DNA of 64,000 bases from Lama guanicoe. Its lineage: Eukaryota. Shown piece after piece: positions 24,875-37,450 of the stretch; positions within the stretch are counted from its first letter, which is position 1, and each line of letters begins with the position of its first letter. The notes beneath the pieces were generated by a model that saw only the letters and a program-made list of their open reading frames with translations, was not told the DNA's origin and did no database searches. Made by a program: the position numbers and the translations under genes. Location of the stretch: the NCBI GenBank assembly GCA_013239625.1, contig MU056756.1, positions 558,001-622,000 of the forward strand, written 5' to 3'.

Positions 24875-27800
24875 GTAACCTCCTGGGGGTCAGCGCCCTC
24901 CTTCACCGAGGGCGGCGACTCCGTGCTCGAGGCTGGGAGCCTCCCCCGGGGGCCGGCGATGCCGCGGTCCTGTCTGCGGCGGAAACATCTCTTATAGATA
25001 ACCTTTCTTTTTCTTAGGATGAAATCGATTGATTATCAAGGTCCTTTAAAATAGTCAAGTACAATTTTCATAAAATCTTATCCAAGAAAAAAAATGAAGT
25101 GCTGACATTTGGAAGGTGGTCGTTTTAAGGACCAATTGCAGTAAACTTCAGCCAACCTGCGATGACTCCTAGGGTCTTGAGCCTGGTGTCTGGCCTGGGT
25201 GTCTGTGGCTTGGTCTGCAGACCCCATCTGTAAGTGCGATTCAGCGCTGCAGAGCGAATCGACCGTGGATGTACATTCACGGATCACCTCAGGCCGAGCC
25301 GGTTCAGGGGCACAGTTCCCATCAGCTCTTAGGGAAAACCACATCCACCCCTTGCAAAACATCCCACCCGAACTAAGCATCACTGCCTGGTATCTCGCCG
25401 CAAGGCCACTGTTTATGTAACATGATGACTAAACGTGGCTGGAGGCGCCCACAGGACAGCAGGGCCACGGAGCACACACGGCCAGCAAGTAGTGGGGTAA
25501 GTGGGGCTGCAGGGCGGTGACCTGAGACAGGTAAGGCGCAGGCGTGGGGGGGACCGGGGACAGTTCGAGTGGGCCTGGAGAGGACCTCGCTCATGATGAA
25601 GACTTGGGGCCCAGTGTGGGGAAGAGGCAAGGCCCCATCAGTTGTCACCACGCCAGGAACAGAGCAGGTAGGACTGATGCCAAGACCGTGAGCAGGACTT
25701 CGGGGTGCTGATTAGTGGTCACAAGTTGCAGGACTCATGCCGCTTCGGTTAAAACCATCACTACAGCGCACGGAGCCTGTGGATGGGAGAGGGGAAACCG
25801 GATTCAAACCTGGTTCCCTCACTCCCTCTGAGACCGTGGGTGGGTTAACTTTTCAGGTTCTCAGTGGCGCCCAGGAAGAGTAATTGACCAGGTCGGCCCA
25901 GGGTCAGTGTTCAAAGCGAGCGGTGAGCCCTCCGGGCTCGTTTCACATCACCTGGCGGCTGTGAGCGCAGGTCTGCGATGCTCCGTCCCCCCGACGGCTG
26001 AGCCCCGCCTTCTGAAGAAACGAGGGGCCCCGGTGGGTGCCGTGGTCACAGCCCAGCCCTGGGGTCGGGGAGGCCAGCGCCCAGGACCGTGGTGAGCGGC
26101 GGGGCAGCCGAGGGGCGACGTGGGCGGCGGGGCTGAGCCGCCAGTGTCCTGTTGCCCCTGCTCCATCCCCTCATGAAGTCAGGGACCACCCCTTCTGCTT
26201 GGCCCTTTGTGGGGAAAGAAACATGGAAAATGAGCAAATTAGAAACTTAGGGAAGTAATGAGCCTTAGAATCACTGCACTTTAAACACACACACACTGTA
26301 AGAGAGTCACTGATACATTCACCAGTGTTTGCTGGATGTCTCTCAGGAGCAAGTGAAGTTAAGCACTCCCGTGGTCTTCAGAAACGCTCTGAAACAATAA
26401 TTACCTGGTGGGAAATGCCTTCATTGTTCATAGAGCTGTCGTTAGGTGGAGAATAAAAGTAGAACAGATGGCAGAGAGATCGCACAAGAACCAGTGCAGA
26501 TCAGACGAACACCCTAATTTATGTACATCTCATCTTCCCAAAATGCATGTGCCACGTAAGTTACCCTGCAAATGCTTCTGTTCAAAGTTTCTCCCGTAAC
26601 TTGGCCTAGTTACGGAGTCCAAGCTTCCTCTAGACGGTGGCGGGGGGGAGGGCAGACGTGCCTTCCAGGGTTAGGGGCTGTTCTGGAAAACGAGAGGAAT
26701 CGGGAATGGCAGTAGGAGAGCTGCGGGGCTGCGGAGCTGCGAGCTGCCTTTCTGAAGACCTGTAGGTACAAACGCCTCGTTAGGTCCTCGTGTGCCCTGC
26801 TTTACCCTGAGCGTTGTGAGCGGAGTACTTGCATCATTTCTTCCCTAAATAGAGCTGAGGCGTCACACGACAGCAGTCTACTTAGTAAGGCTGTGAAAAC
26901 CTCCAAAGGAAGGAAGCGCCCCTGTCCCGAGAGGCAGGAAACCCGAAGCGTCCGCGGAGGTGGCGCGGACGCGCACTTGCTGTCGGAGCTGAGCTTCCCG
27001 CTGGGTTCAGAGCCTCCTGTCCGTGAGGCAAGTCAGGACTTCAGTGATTTTGTGTCAAAACGCTGCTTGGAAGGTCACACAGCATCCAACAGCCACCCGT
27101 GATGGGCGTGTGTGTGGAGAGAAAGGTTATTTTGACAGATTGAGTTTCTTTCATGCTTCGGAAACTTGCTTTTGAAAACAGTTCCCTAAAAAGTTCTGCT
27201 CAAAGCCACTCCTAGCGATTGTTTTGAAGAAGGAGATTGATTTAAGTGTTTCTTTCTGAGCGGGCAGTCTTCGGTGGTCTCGCCTGCGTGAGAGCGAGCG
27301 CGGGATGCCGGTCCGCACCGCGATGGCCGGACGCCGAGCAGGCTGCGAGGGCGCGCGGGCCCCCGAGCGTGTCCCGGGCACTGCTTTGCACACGGCCGGC
27401 CGCTGCGCAGGAGCACTCTGCTCGTCTGCAGTGGGCGGAGGCCGCCTGTGTTTGCTCTCGCCCCTCGGTGAGGTAGCGATTCCGCTGAAACAGACGCTTT
27501 CCATCCGGCCTCTGGGGAGCCCGGCAGCGGGGCCCGCCCGCCGTGATCCGTCCTCCACTGTGAAACACGCCGCTCGCCGGTCAGTGCCTCCTCGCACCCT
27601 GAAGCGGTTTTGGGAACATCTGCCGTTCGTGTCGCACACAGCTCCTCTCAGCTGTGAAGCCGTTCATCAGATGGTTACTCCTCTAAATACACACCTGCCC
27701 CGACTTCTCTTGGGAGGGAAGGGCACGGCCGTGCAACCTATGAAATTGGGTTATAGTGGTTTTTCTCTGGGTCGCAAATTTTCTCAGCCTGTGTCAGAGC

Positions 27801-30800
27801 TGGTTCCAGAAGCCAGTACAACAGAGGGACAGTCCACGCAAAGCGTGGCAGGGGAGCCGGCCGCAGCCAGGCTTTACTTCGCTGTGCGTGCTTCTGTCGT
27901 GGCGCACCCCTCGGGGGCCAAGCCCGCCTCCAGCCGGGGACGTCTGCCGGTTTCCTCAGCTCCGGCCGGTGACCCCACCTGTTCCCTCCTGACATGTCCG
28001 CTGACCCCCACCCTGCGGTGTCCCCCTGTGAAGACCCTGGTGATGGCATCAGGCCACTGCGATCGGGGGCAGGTGTGATCCGTGACTTTGAGAAACAGTC
28101 GTTTGCCTATGGAGAAGTGAACCTTCCAGATTCGCCGTGTGGCACCCTAGCCCTAGTCCTCAGTGATTAAGCAAGTCAGTGGATTCGTGCACGAGCAGAC
28201 GGGTGGACGAGTGAGTCGCGCAGTCGATTTTGGGACCCGTCTCATCTGCCTCTCAGCCACACCCCAACCTCGGCAGCCTGCACCTCCACTGCAGGCCGGG
28301 CCCTGCTCACCTGGAGGGCTGCTCAGCCCTGCAGCTGGTCCCTGGTGGCCTCCCTCCCGTCCACCTGCCTCTGACCCTCCTTCTGACAGCCCAGCCCAGC
28401 CCCACTCTGCCCTCCTGGCGCCCACCATGCTCTCCTGTCCCAGTGAGTCAGAGCCACGGTGTCTGCGGTCAGTGAGCCACCTGGATGACCTGGCCCGGCC
28501 CGGCCCCAGCCACCTCCTTCCCCGTGGGCACAGACCCTTCCAAACAGTCTCTCACTTCTGTGCTTCTGTATATGCTATTTGCTGAGCCCAGAATTTGCAT
28601 TTTGGGGATTTTTTTCCCCCTAATTCCTAGCTATGCTTTCAGAGTCAACTCGGGAATCACTTCTTCCAGGAAGCCTTCACTGATTTCCTCTTCATCTGAT
28701 TAGTGTAGGTGGCAGCATAAGTTCCTCCCCTCCCAGCCCCTGATCAGGTGAGTTCCAACGAAAGTGCGTATTTATTAAAACAAAAACCCTAATTTAATTT
28801 ATTTTTCAAATGGACTCCCCTTTTAAAGATGGAGAGATATTAGACGCCCAAGAATTAAGGCCGTGGTAGTGAGTTCTACTTCCTGTTTGTTTGTACTCAC
28901 ATCATCTCATCCATATGTTCAGGAAACGTTGGTACCATGGCTTTTATTCCTTACATTAGTTTAAAAAACATTAAATGAAAACCGGTTACTGAAATTCACA
29001 AAGTTATAAAATATTCTAAGAACTCTGAAAACAAAATAATTTCGTTCTCTCAGGAGCAAAGAAATATTGCAGCAAAGCTTTTGAACCAAATCACTCAGTG
29101 TTATATTTAGTTTTTGTTCCTTGTGCTGAAGCAGAACGTGTATGAGCACTGGAAATGGGAGGAAAGCGGCCGTGAGGTCCCGCGTGTGCCGCTGCATTTA
29201 CTGGTTGTCAGGACTTCATACCTTTACATACGCTCTCTTTAAAACGCACTGAAGACTGGAATTCACTGTTCATCCTTCTCTTTACTGCCCGGCCCTTCGA
29301 ACACCCCGAAGTCTGTGCCTAGGAACTTAGGTGGCTCTTCACATCATTAAAAGTTGGTCCATTTTCAGTTTCTCTTCCCAAACTGCAGGTTTTTATTGTG
29401 TAAAGCGATTTTTTTTAATATTTAAAAATAGGAAACAGGAAGTGTACCAAACCGGGACGCAGCCATCATCGCTCCACCGTGCACGAGGTGTTAAGAGCCG
29501 GTCAGACGACGGTTTCTTGCTAATTAACACCTCTGAGGTGGATGCCCTGCGTCGGCCCCTCGCTGTTGCCCCAGAACTTGGGTGGCCCACGCAGGGTTTG
29601 TAACTTTAGGGAAGCCACCGTGTGCACACTGGTGGAACGTGATTTCTGAGTCCTGCTTAATTTACACTTACGTTTTGAGACTAACATTAATTAAGGTGTC
29701 AAAGTAGCTTTACTCTTTTATGGGGAACCTTTGCCTCTGGTTTGGTTTCTCCAACACCCGGGCTCATCTAGACACTCCTGGGCTGATGACTGTAATTCCT
29801 TTCATGCTGTTATCTTTGAAGTTCTAATTAAGAGAGTGCGGTGAGTTCAAGTGTGGCTGTGACGTTCAAATAGAATGTCGATCTCTGCTTTTTGAAATAT
29901 CTTTTGTCTTGATTGCGTGCTTGTGCTTCATACGATAGAGTGCTAATTTTTAAATTTTCTGTTTGGCTTGCAAATGACTTGTGAGGATTGAATTCAGGGA
30001 TGATGTCCAGAATTCCAGGTGTGGGTGGGTAATTAGGTATGCGTTTAAAGTAACGATGTGTTCGTGTTTGAGATTTGCATTCAAAGTCCTGTGAAAGTGC
30101 AGGCTGGGCGACTGTTCATTTCCTCTCATTCAGGTTAGTTTATCTCGAATAAAACGTGTTTCTCCAAATTCTCCTTCAGTAGATTCGCTAACCCAACACT
30201 TTGAAGCCCAAAAGGAAAGTCCTGATCAACTTCCTTTGCTTCACGTCATCTGCTGAACAGATAGGTGGGTCGGTGCTGGTTTGACTTTGCCTGGACAAAA
30301 CCTCCAGACCAGCTCGGCCCAGGGCTGCGAGGGTCCGGGGACCGCCAACCAGTACTGTCACCCTGAGGTCTCCGCGACTGTGGAGCATGTGAAACGCAGC
30401 TCAAGTGCAGAGGAGCTGGTTTTCAATTGTCATGCGGATGTTTAGATGTTTTAGAAGCGTAGATCATTTAAATTTGGCCACTGGCGCTGTGGCCATTGGT
30501 CGGTGCCATCTGGGATCTCAGGGTTTTAGGAGCAGCCATCGTCCTGGTGGGGTAAGTCCCCCTGCTTCCCCGGGGCAGTCGTGTCAGCAGCCCAGTGCCC
30601 CTCCCCTGTCTTCCTGGCTAACAGTCCCGAGTCAGGGCTTTGAGCCATTTCTTCAGAAAGGGTCCAAGGAGATTAACTCAACCCGCGCACACCTGGGGAA
30701 GCAGAGTTCTCACGTGCCGCCTCAGTGCTTCGTTCATTCAGCTCTGACGGAGAAGAACCAACACTTCTCTGAAGCATCGCTGCTTTGGGTTTCACACAAT

Positions 30801-32240
30801 TTTCATAGAAATCTTCCTAAAATCTATTACACGCACGGCTCCCTCCATCTTAAATAGCGCAATTAACCTTTCCTTGGTGACACAGACGCTGGCTTGGCGC
30901 CGACAGACTCGGGAGAGGAGGCGCTCTACAGAGCGGCCGCTTTGCCTCACCCCGGTTACTCGCGGGGTGAGTCTCGCCAGCACCTGTGCTCCCTGAGACG
31001 AGAGCGGAATCCAGAGTCAGGAAGGGGGTTAGGAGGTGAGTGCTCTTCCCCTCGCTCCCCGGAATCAGGGAGCCGCTTGGAAGCCTCCAGGGGCTGCCCA
31101 GCGTTATGCTCGTGGTGAAGTGACTGATGACAGCTTTTAAACCCAAACGGACATGCATGCCTGGACTCAACAGAAAAAAAACAGGGTAGTTAAGTCTTCA
31201 GATACCTAAAGGTATCAGGTAGCCATTGCATTTTTTACTTCAAAATTTACATGAGACTGGCTTTATTTAATTAAATCTTGAGATTGTTCAGAAATTTCTC
31301 TGTTGATTACTCTGCATTTGGAAGCTGTCAAACTTCAATAGAATGATGTTGCTAAATTAAATTTAAACTTTTCATCCGTATATGTTTGTCTGAACATCAG
31401 CCCGATCATTGTCACCCAAAATCTCAACTGAACAAGTGAGCATTTTTCTTGAATGTGTAAAATGATGTCTTTGTTTATTTCACTCCATGGCAGCAGATTA
31501 ACAAGATCAAATGAGCATTTTTAGTTCTTTCTTTACTCTATTTCCCAGCTTCTAATTCTAAGGAGCCATTAAAGAGTAAACAGTTCTATCCAAGGCACTT
31601 AGAAGGAAGAGGCGGTAGGCTGAGTCCCCAGAAAAGTCAAGCCACTCGCAGCTCCGCCCGAGTGAGAGCCTCTGACCTCCAGGGCAGAATCAAATGAAAG
31701 GTTGGAGAATCCTTCTGATGAGAGAAGTCTTCATCGGTAACCCCGACCGCCTGCCTGACTGTGGAGCCCTCTCCACCCGTGTGGCTCCCCAGCATCCCGC
31801 CACGTGCACCCACGCTGAGCTGCACAACCCCAGGAGGGGACGTGCCGTGGCTCCCGCGGGACCACCCGCCGCCCATCCTCCCCGCGTGGCCGCTCCGTCC
31901 ACCCCCAGCCTCCGCCCAGCCCGCCTCCTCCTGGAGGCCCCCTTGCTCCTGGGTCACCGCTTCCCCGCTTGTCCTGGACGCGGCTGCCGCCCATTCTTTG
32001 CACACTGCCCGCCCTTCCGGTCTGACTGTGGCCACCAGAGGCCTGTTTGCTGAACCCGGGGAGCCCCACGGAATTGCAGCAGTGACAACGTTGGTGCCCA
32101 CAGGAGGGGCTGCAGCCCCGGGCGCCCGGTCACAGCGCCTGCAGTGACAGCTCAGGCGGACGCCGTGTCTGCAGGGCGTCCGCCAGCGCTTTGGCGGTGG
32201 AGAGCAGTGAGCTGTGGTCTCGGTGCCAGTAAGCGGTGTG

Positions 32241-32924
32241 TTATTTTTGAAGTTGGATCGGTTTACAGTGTCGTGTCAGTCTGTGGTGCGCAGGGCAGTG
32301 ACTCAGTTACACGTATACATAAACGCGCTTCCTTCCATAGTCTTTCTCATTATAGGCTGGGTTGCCACAAGGTACTGAGTGTAGTACCCTGTGCTGCACA
32401 GTAGGACCTTGCTGTTCGTCTGTTCTGTACATAGCAGTCAGTATCTGCAGATCTTGGACTCCCAATTTATCCCTACCCGCTACCCCCCACCGGTAACCGT
32501 AAGTGTGTCTTCTACGTCGGTGAGTCTATTTCTTTTTTATAAATAAGCTCATTTTTGTCACTTTTTAATATTCTACACATAAGTGATATCATGTGGTGTT
32601 TTTCTTTCTCTTTCTCACTTACTTCTCTTAGAATGAGGATTTCCAATCCAGGTCCATCCGTGTTGCTGCAAATGGCATTGTTTTACTTTTTATGGCTGAG
32701 TAGTATTCCATTGTGTAAATACACCACAACTTCTCTATCCAGCCATCCGCTGATGCACATTTAGGTGCTTCTGTGTCTTGGCTGCTGTGAACGCTGGGGT
32801 GCAGGTGTCTTTTCAAATTAGAGTTCCTTCCAGATACATGCCCAGGAGTGGGACTGCGGGATCATAGGGTGACTCTGGTTTTAGTTTCTTAGGGAGTCTC
32901 CGTCCTGCTTTCCATAGCGGCTGC
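32241..32924 (-). mobile_element. L1 3' end (ORF2 C-terminus plus 3' UTR)
   Basis: Minus-strand translation WIEKLWCIYTMEYYSAIKSKTMPFAATRMDL and PYDPAVPLLGMY are L1 ORF2 C-terminal motifs. Confidence 0.9.
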
Positions 32925-33546
32925 AAGCTTATGTTTTTAAGCAGCAGGAACGTGTATTTGGATGCACTTCTGGAGTGTTTTTCAGGAGAACCCTGAGTAG
33001 ACTTGACGTCCAGGCTTTGCAGGCATGGAAGAGAATAGTACTCTTTCAGGAAAGTTCTAGCTGTACTTTTACCAAAACCAGTCAGGAATAATCTCTCAGT
33101 GCGGCTGCAGAATTGGCTCCGTCGGTCCTGCCCGTCCGTGCTGCTCTGGATGGACACACGGCGATGACCTCAAACCACACGTCCGCTCTGGTGGTCTGAA
33201 GAGCAGCCTGAGTGGCACCCGGACACAAGGTTGAAAACAGCATAAACTCCCAGTCTTTTTTAACGTAGTTTAGCAAGAGAGCGTTTCCCTCGGTGCCGAG
33301 ACCTGCTGGGAGGTGCCGCCTTCTGCCCTGCTGAGTCACAGCTTACCTCGTCTGTCGCCATGGCTGGGTTTTCTGCTGTTATCAGCATATCCGTGTAGAC
33401 CGTCTCCGAGTGTAACGCGGCTCCCCCCACATCCTGCGCCGTCTTTTTAGGCTGGACGTCAGGACGGACATGCCTGGTGCTGGCAGGGAGGGACGGGTGT
33501 GACCAGGTTCCCGTGCGGTGCTGACCGGCCTCTGTCTCTCTTACAG

Positions 33547-33896
33547 CCATCTCCTACACAAACTACAAAAAAACCCCCCCCCCCNNNNNNNNNNNNNNNN
33601 NNNNNNNNNNNNNNNNNNNNNNNNNNNNNNNNNNNNNNNNNNNNNNNNNNNNNNNNNNNNNNNNNNNNNNNNNNNNNNNNNNNNNNNNNNNNNNNNNNNN
33701 NNNNNNNNNNNNNNNNTACGACTCCACGGACAGTCTGGACAGCACCAAGGCCATGAGCCTCGCCCTGGAGTCGGCCGCGGCCCAGCGCCACGCCTCTGAG
33801 GGCCAGGGAGGCTCGGGGCGGACCAGCGACAAGGCCATCTTGGCGTCCAAGGCCGAGGAGGTCCTCAAGAGCCGGCGCTCCTCCATCGGGGTCCAG
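33547..33896 (+). CDS. DLGAP2: DLGAP2 coding exon (YKKTPPP...SSIGVQ), interrupted by assembly gap
   Basis: Acceptor tctcttacag ending 33546. Reads (A)ISYTNYKKTPPP, then 132 N, then YDSTDSLDSTKAMSLALESAAAQRHASEGQGGSGRTSDKAILASKAEEVLKSRRSSIGVQ. Donor CAG|GTACCA, 350 nt, frame preserved across the gap, phase 1 to 0. Confidence 0.92.
33585..33716. other. Assembly gap (132 N) inside a coding exon
   Basis: Run of N seen directly. Confidence 0.99.
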
Positions 33897-34866
33897 GTAC
33901 CACCCATGCGCGTCCCACCGTGACACAGACCGAGCACAGCCGGCCTCGGCCCAGGGTCCTCACTGGGTCCCTGCAGGGGCCGAGGCTCCACAGGGGAGGC
34001 CTCCAGGGGAGGCCCCTGCACGTCTTGGGCCCCCCGCCACCTGGAGGGCCCCCACGGGGGCACCTCCGGGGCTGCCAGCTGCAGAGAGTGTAGAAATAGG
34101 TTATTCACATGCTTAAGAGGAAAGTGCTTTTCACTGAAGCCTGAGGTTTTGAAAGCTTCACAGCCTTGCAGCCAGAGAGGCGAGTGGGGAGGAAAGGCAG
34201 TGGGAACCGAGGCAAAGGCAAGAGGGGCCCTTGTACAATGTAGGGGCTCACAGCCACGCAAGGCGGCCCCGACAGTCCCCACGCCGGCCCCAGCCTGCCT
34301 GTGCAGGCTGCATCCCGACCACTGAGGGCCAACCCAGCTCCACTCAGGCCCCAGAGTCTGCCCGAGACCCGGCCGTGTGGCCCTGCCCCGTGTCCCTGCT
34401 CCGACCCCATCTCTGCATCCACTGGAGCGAGCGCAGGGGCGGGGAAGGCGCCAGGCTGGGCAGCAGGGCCGTCCGGCTCCCACCCCACCCCGGGCCACAC
34501 AGGACAGTCCTCAACACGGACATTTCCCGTGGTTTATGCTGTGGATGCCCCCCCACAGTGAGATGGCGCGGCCCAGTGACCCAGGGTTCCCGTGGTGTCC
34601 TCAGCCAGCACGGCCCCCTCCCACCTCCTGTCACCCTTCTGTCCAGCCTGTGTCCAGCCGGAAGCTTTAAAAACCCCAGGGCTTCGCTGGCGCCCGGGAG
34701 GAGGGTGAGCAGTGCTCTGACCGAGAGGCGGCAGGCTTGGCTCGGTGTGAGCGGGAGCAATGCCCTGGGCGTCCCGGGGACAGGGGACAGCAGGCTGGGG
34801 AGACTGCCCACTTGCCTAGGTCCTCTGAACCTGGTCTCCACACTGTGGCTTCATTGTTTTGTTTAG

Positions 34867-34908
34867 GACTCTGAATTCCCAGAGCATCAGTCCTACCCAA
34901 GGTCAGAT
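34867..34908 (+). CDS. DLGAP2: DLGAP2 42-nt symmetric cassette exon (DSEFPEHQSYPRSD)
   Basis: ttgttttgtttag|GACTCT...TCAGAT|GTAAGT, phase 0-0. Matches the DSEFPEHQPYPRSD segment I recall from human DLGAP2. Not in the ORF track. Confidence 0.9.
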
Positions 34909-36652
34909 GTAAGTACCAAAATATACTCCAAAGCCAAGTACGCATGAATTTTATTTTCTCTCCCTTTCTGGGTTGTTCACGCGACTGCTCTTGTCACCGT
35001 CCTCTGTCCTGACTCTATATGCCAGGCCCTCTGCTAGGTGCCCGAGTTCCTGCAGGGAACCCTCGCACCCCCGGGGGAACAGCAGAGGTGAGGCTCAGAA
35101 CCAGCAAGCAACTTGCCGCGGCCCAGGCCCTGCTGGGCCGTGAGTCCCGCGGCCGCCGTCGCTCTCATGCAGACCCGTCTGCCTGTGACGCCACACCCCA
35201 GAGGAGACTCGTGAGGGCCCCAGACCAACGAGGCCGCGGTCGCACTCCCGGTCTCCTGTGCTGCCTGGCCTGCTCACCTGCTGCCTGCCACGCCCCCGGC
35301 AAGGCTGGCAGGGTCCACTTCTGAACAGGTGGAGCCGCTGACTTTACCTGAAAGTAGTGGGAATATTCTGCATAACTTCGGATAATTCCAGAAACCAGTA
35401 AAACTGGTTGCCCCAGCTGGTAAAGAAAAGACGCCCCCACTTCCTGTCTCCACTTGACCCCAAGAGCCCCCTAACCCTAACCCTATCCCACTCCGGGCAT
35501 CGTGCCTCCCTGGAGGGGACCCCTGCCCTGCCTGCCCTCCCGGACCCACCCCAGCCGCCCCTGCCACCCTCGAACCCAGCGCCTAGCAGAGCGCCTGGCA
35601 CATAGCAAGCGTGCGCGGTTAATGTCGGCAGTGCGAGTGGTGGGGCACATGTGGGGCAGGTGGCTGGCGGGCGTGTGGATGCGGGAGCGACTGGGCGCCC
35701 GGACGCCACTGTCTTCTACGGGCTGCAAAGAGTGCAGAGCACGGTGTGAGCTTTTAACCCCACCTCCGCCAGACTGAAGTGAGCGGGAAAGCCAGACCTC
35801 GAGGGCCAGGATGAGTGCAAGACAGATGGACTCAAGGGCACAGGAGGGAGGGAGGGACAGACAGACCCCCATAGATACAAAGACGGTCTAGGAAAGTGTC
35901 CCAGGACGGCAGATGGGCCACGGCGCAGAGTGGCAGGGATGCTGATGGTCACCCCGCGGGTCGGGGGCCGCCCCCCGTAGGGATGGGGAGACCGAGGCTG
36001 GGGGTGAGTGACTTGCCTGCAGGTTCACAGCCGCGGGGGGAGGGGGACCCCAAGACGGGGGTGAAATGCGAGACGTGCGGGCTCCCCCCGACCCCTGAGG
36101 TTCTCCCCCACTATCCCACGTAAGGGAAGCCAGCCCGCCCTGACCCGTGCTCCATCGTCGGCTCGTGGGGAAGGGCCGCTGGCATTCTCAGTGCTACTCC
36201 CACGCCGGAGGGACTGGTTCCCGCCCCGCCGCTGACTGATCCCCCAGAACCACAGCCAACCTGCGAAACGGGCGGAGTTTCGTCCAGATGCAGACGGTGG
36301 AGGGTTTCCCTTCTCAAACACTGTTCTCACGCTGAGCAGAGGGCTGCCTCCTGCCTCCACTGTCCGGGGCGCCCAGGCCCGGGCTGACCCGCTGACCGTA
36401 GGGTCCTCAGCCCCTCAGCTCCGGGCACCTGCCAGGACCCGCTGCCACCAGGCTGTGCAGATCTGGGCTGCACCTGCGTGCGGGGCCTCCTGATGACTCA
36501 GCCCGGCCAGCACCCCTGTCGTCTCACCTGGAACCCCTGTCTGGCCCGACCTCACTTTTCCTCATGACGATGGTGACCTTTAATAATTTTCTTCGTGTTC
36601 ATTTTTTTGTTTATTTTTCTCTGTGATTTGTCTGTTATTGCAGAGTTCCTGC

Positions 36653-36680
36653 TGTGTGTGTGTGTGTGTGTGTGTGTGTG
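36653..36680 (+). repeat. (TG)14 microsatellite
   Basis: Directly visible. Confidence 0.95.
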
Positions 36681-37159
36681 TCTCTATTGAAACGTCTCCT
36701 GATTCCAGATGCTGTGTTTGCTTTTCTGTTCAGGGACCCTTCAGTCCCCTCGACCTCAGTCACCCCACCTCTAAAGTGGAAGCAGTTCCCACTCTGGGAG
36801 GTCACCAGGTGGTAGCCCACAAAAGCCTGGTCATCACTGGTTTAAATGTGCTCTGCGGGGTCCCGCGGGTTCAGCCTGACCCCCCTGATCCGCATCGGCT
36901 GACACGGGGCCCTCAGCACCCACAACAGCAGGGCCAGCCTTAGGACAGGTCCTGAGGGAGGTGCGGCGCCTGTGCTGGAAGAGGCACACCTGCCCTGCTG
37001 GGTGTGAGGCTTTGAGGGCAGATCCTCAGATGAGTGCAGCTGAGGGCAGGCACTTGAGATCGGGGCTCCAGCAAGTAGTGCTGGCCGCGGCCCCCGCCGG
37101 CTTCCTTCTCCCTGACCCCTCCCCCTGCGGCCGTCAGCCCTGACTGCCCACAAAGCCGG

Positions 37160-37450
37160 ACCCACACACACGTGCACACACGGGTGTGCCCGTGCAGCGC
37201 ATGCGCACATGCACGTGTGTGTTCATACATGTGCGTGCACACGAGTGCGCTCACACCTGAACACGCACACATGTGCACTGACATGTGCACACGCATACAT
37301 GCACACATGCTCATGCTCTCGCGTGTGCACACGAGTGCACACTCACACGTGCACAGTACACACACGCTCTCGCGTGTGCACACATGCACATACAGGCACA
37401 CTCACACACGTGCATGCACTAAAGTACCACACACGTGCGCGCGCACACAA
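37160..37450 (+). repeat. Degenerate CA/CG/TG alternating purine-pyrimidine tract
   Basis: About 290 bp of cacacg/tgcaca/catgca units. Confidence 0.85.

Noticed and set aside
27305-28078. 257-aa ORF in a CpG-dense intronic patch
   Set aside because: Ala/Pro/Arg/Gly composition expected from GC content; the 3' part looks like an LTR remnant; no homology recognised.
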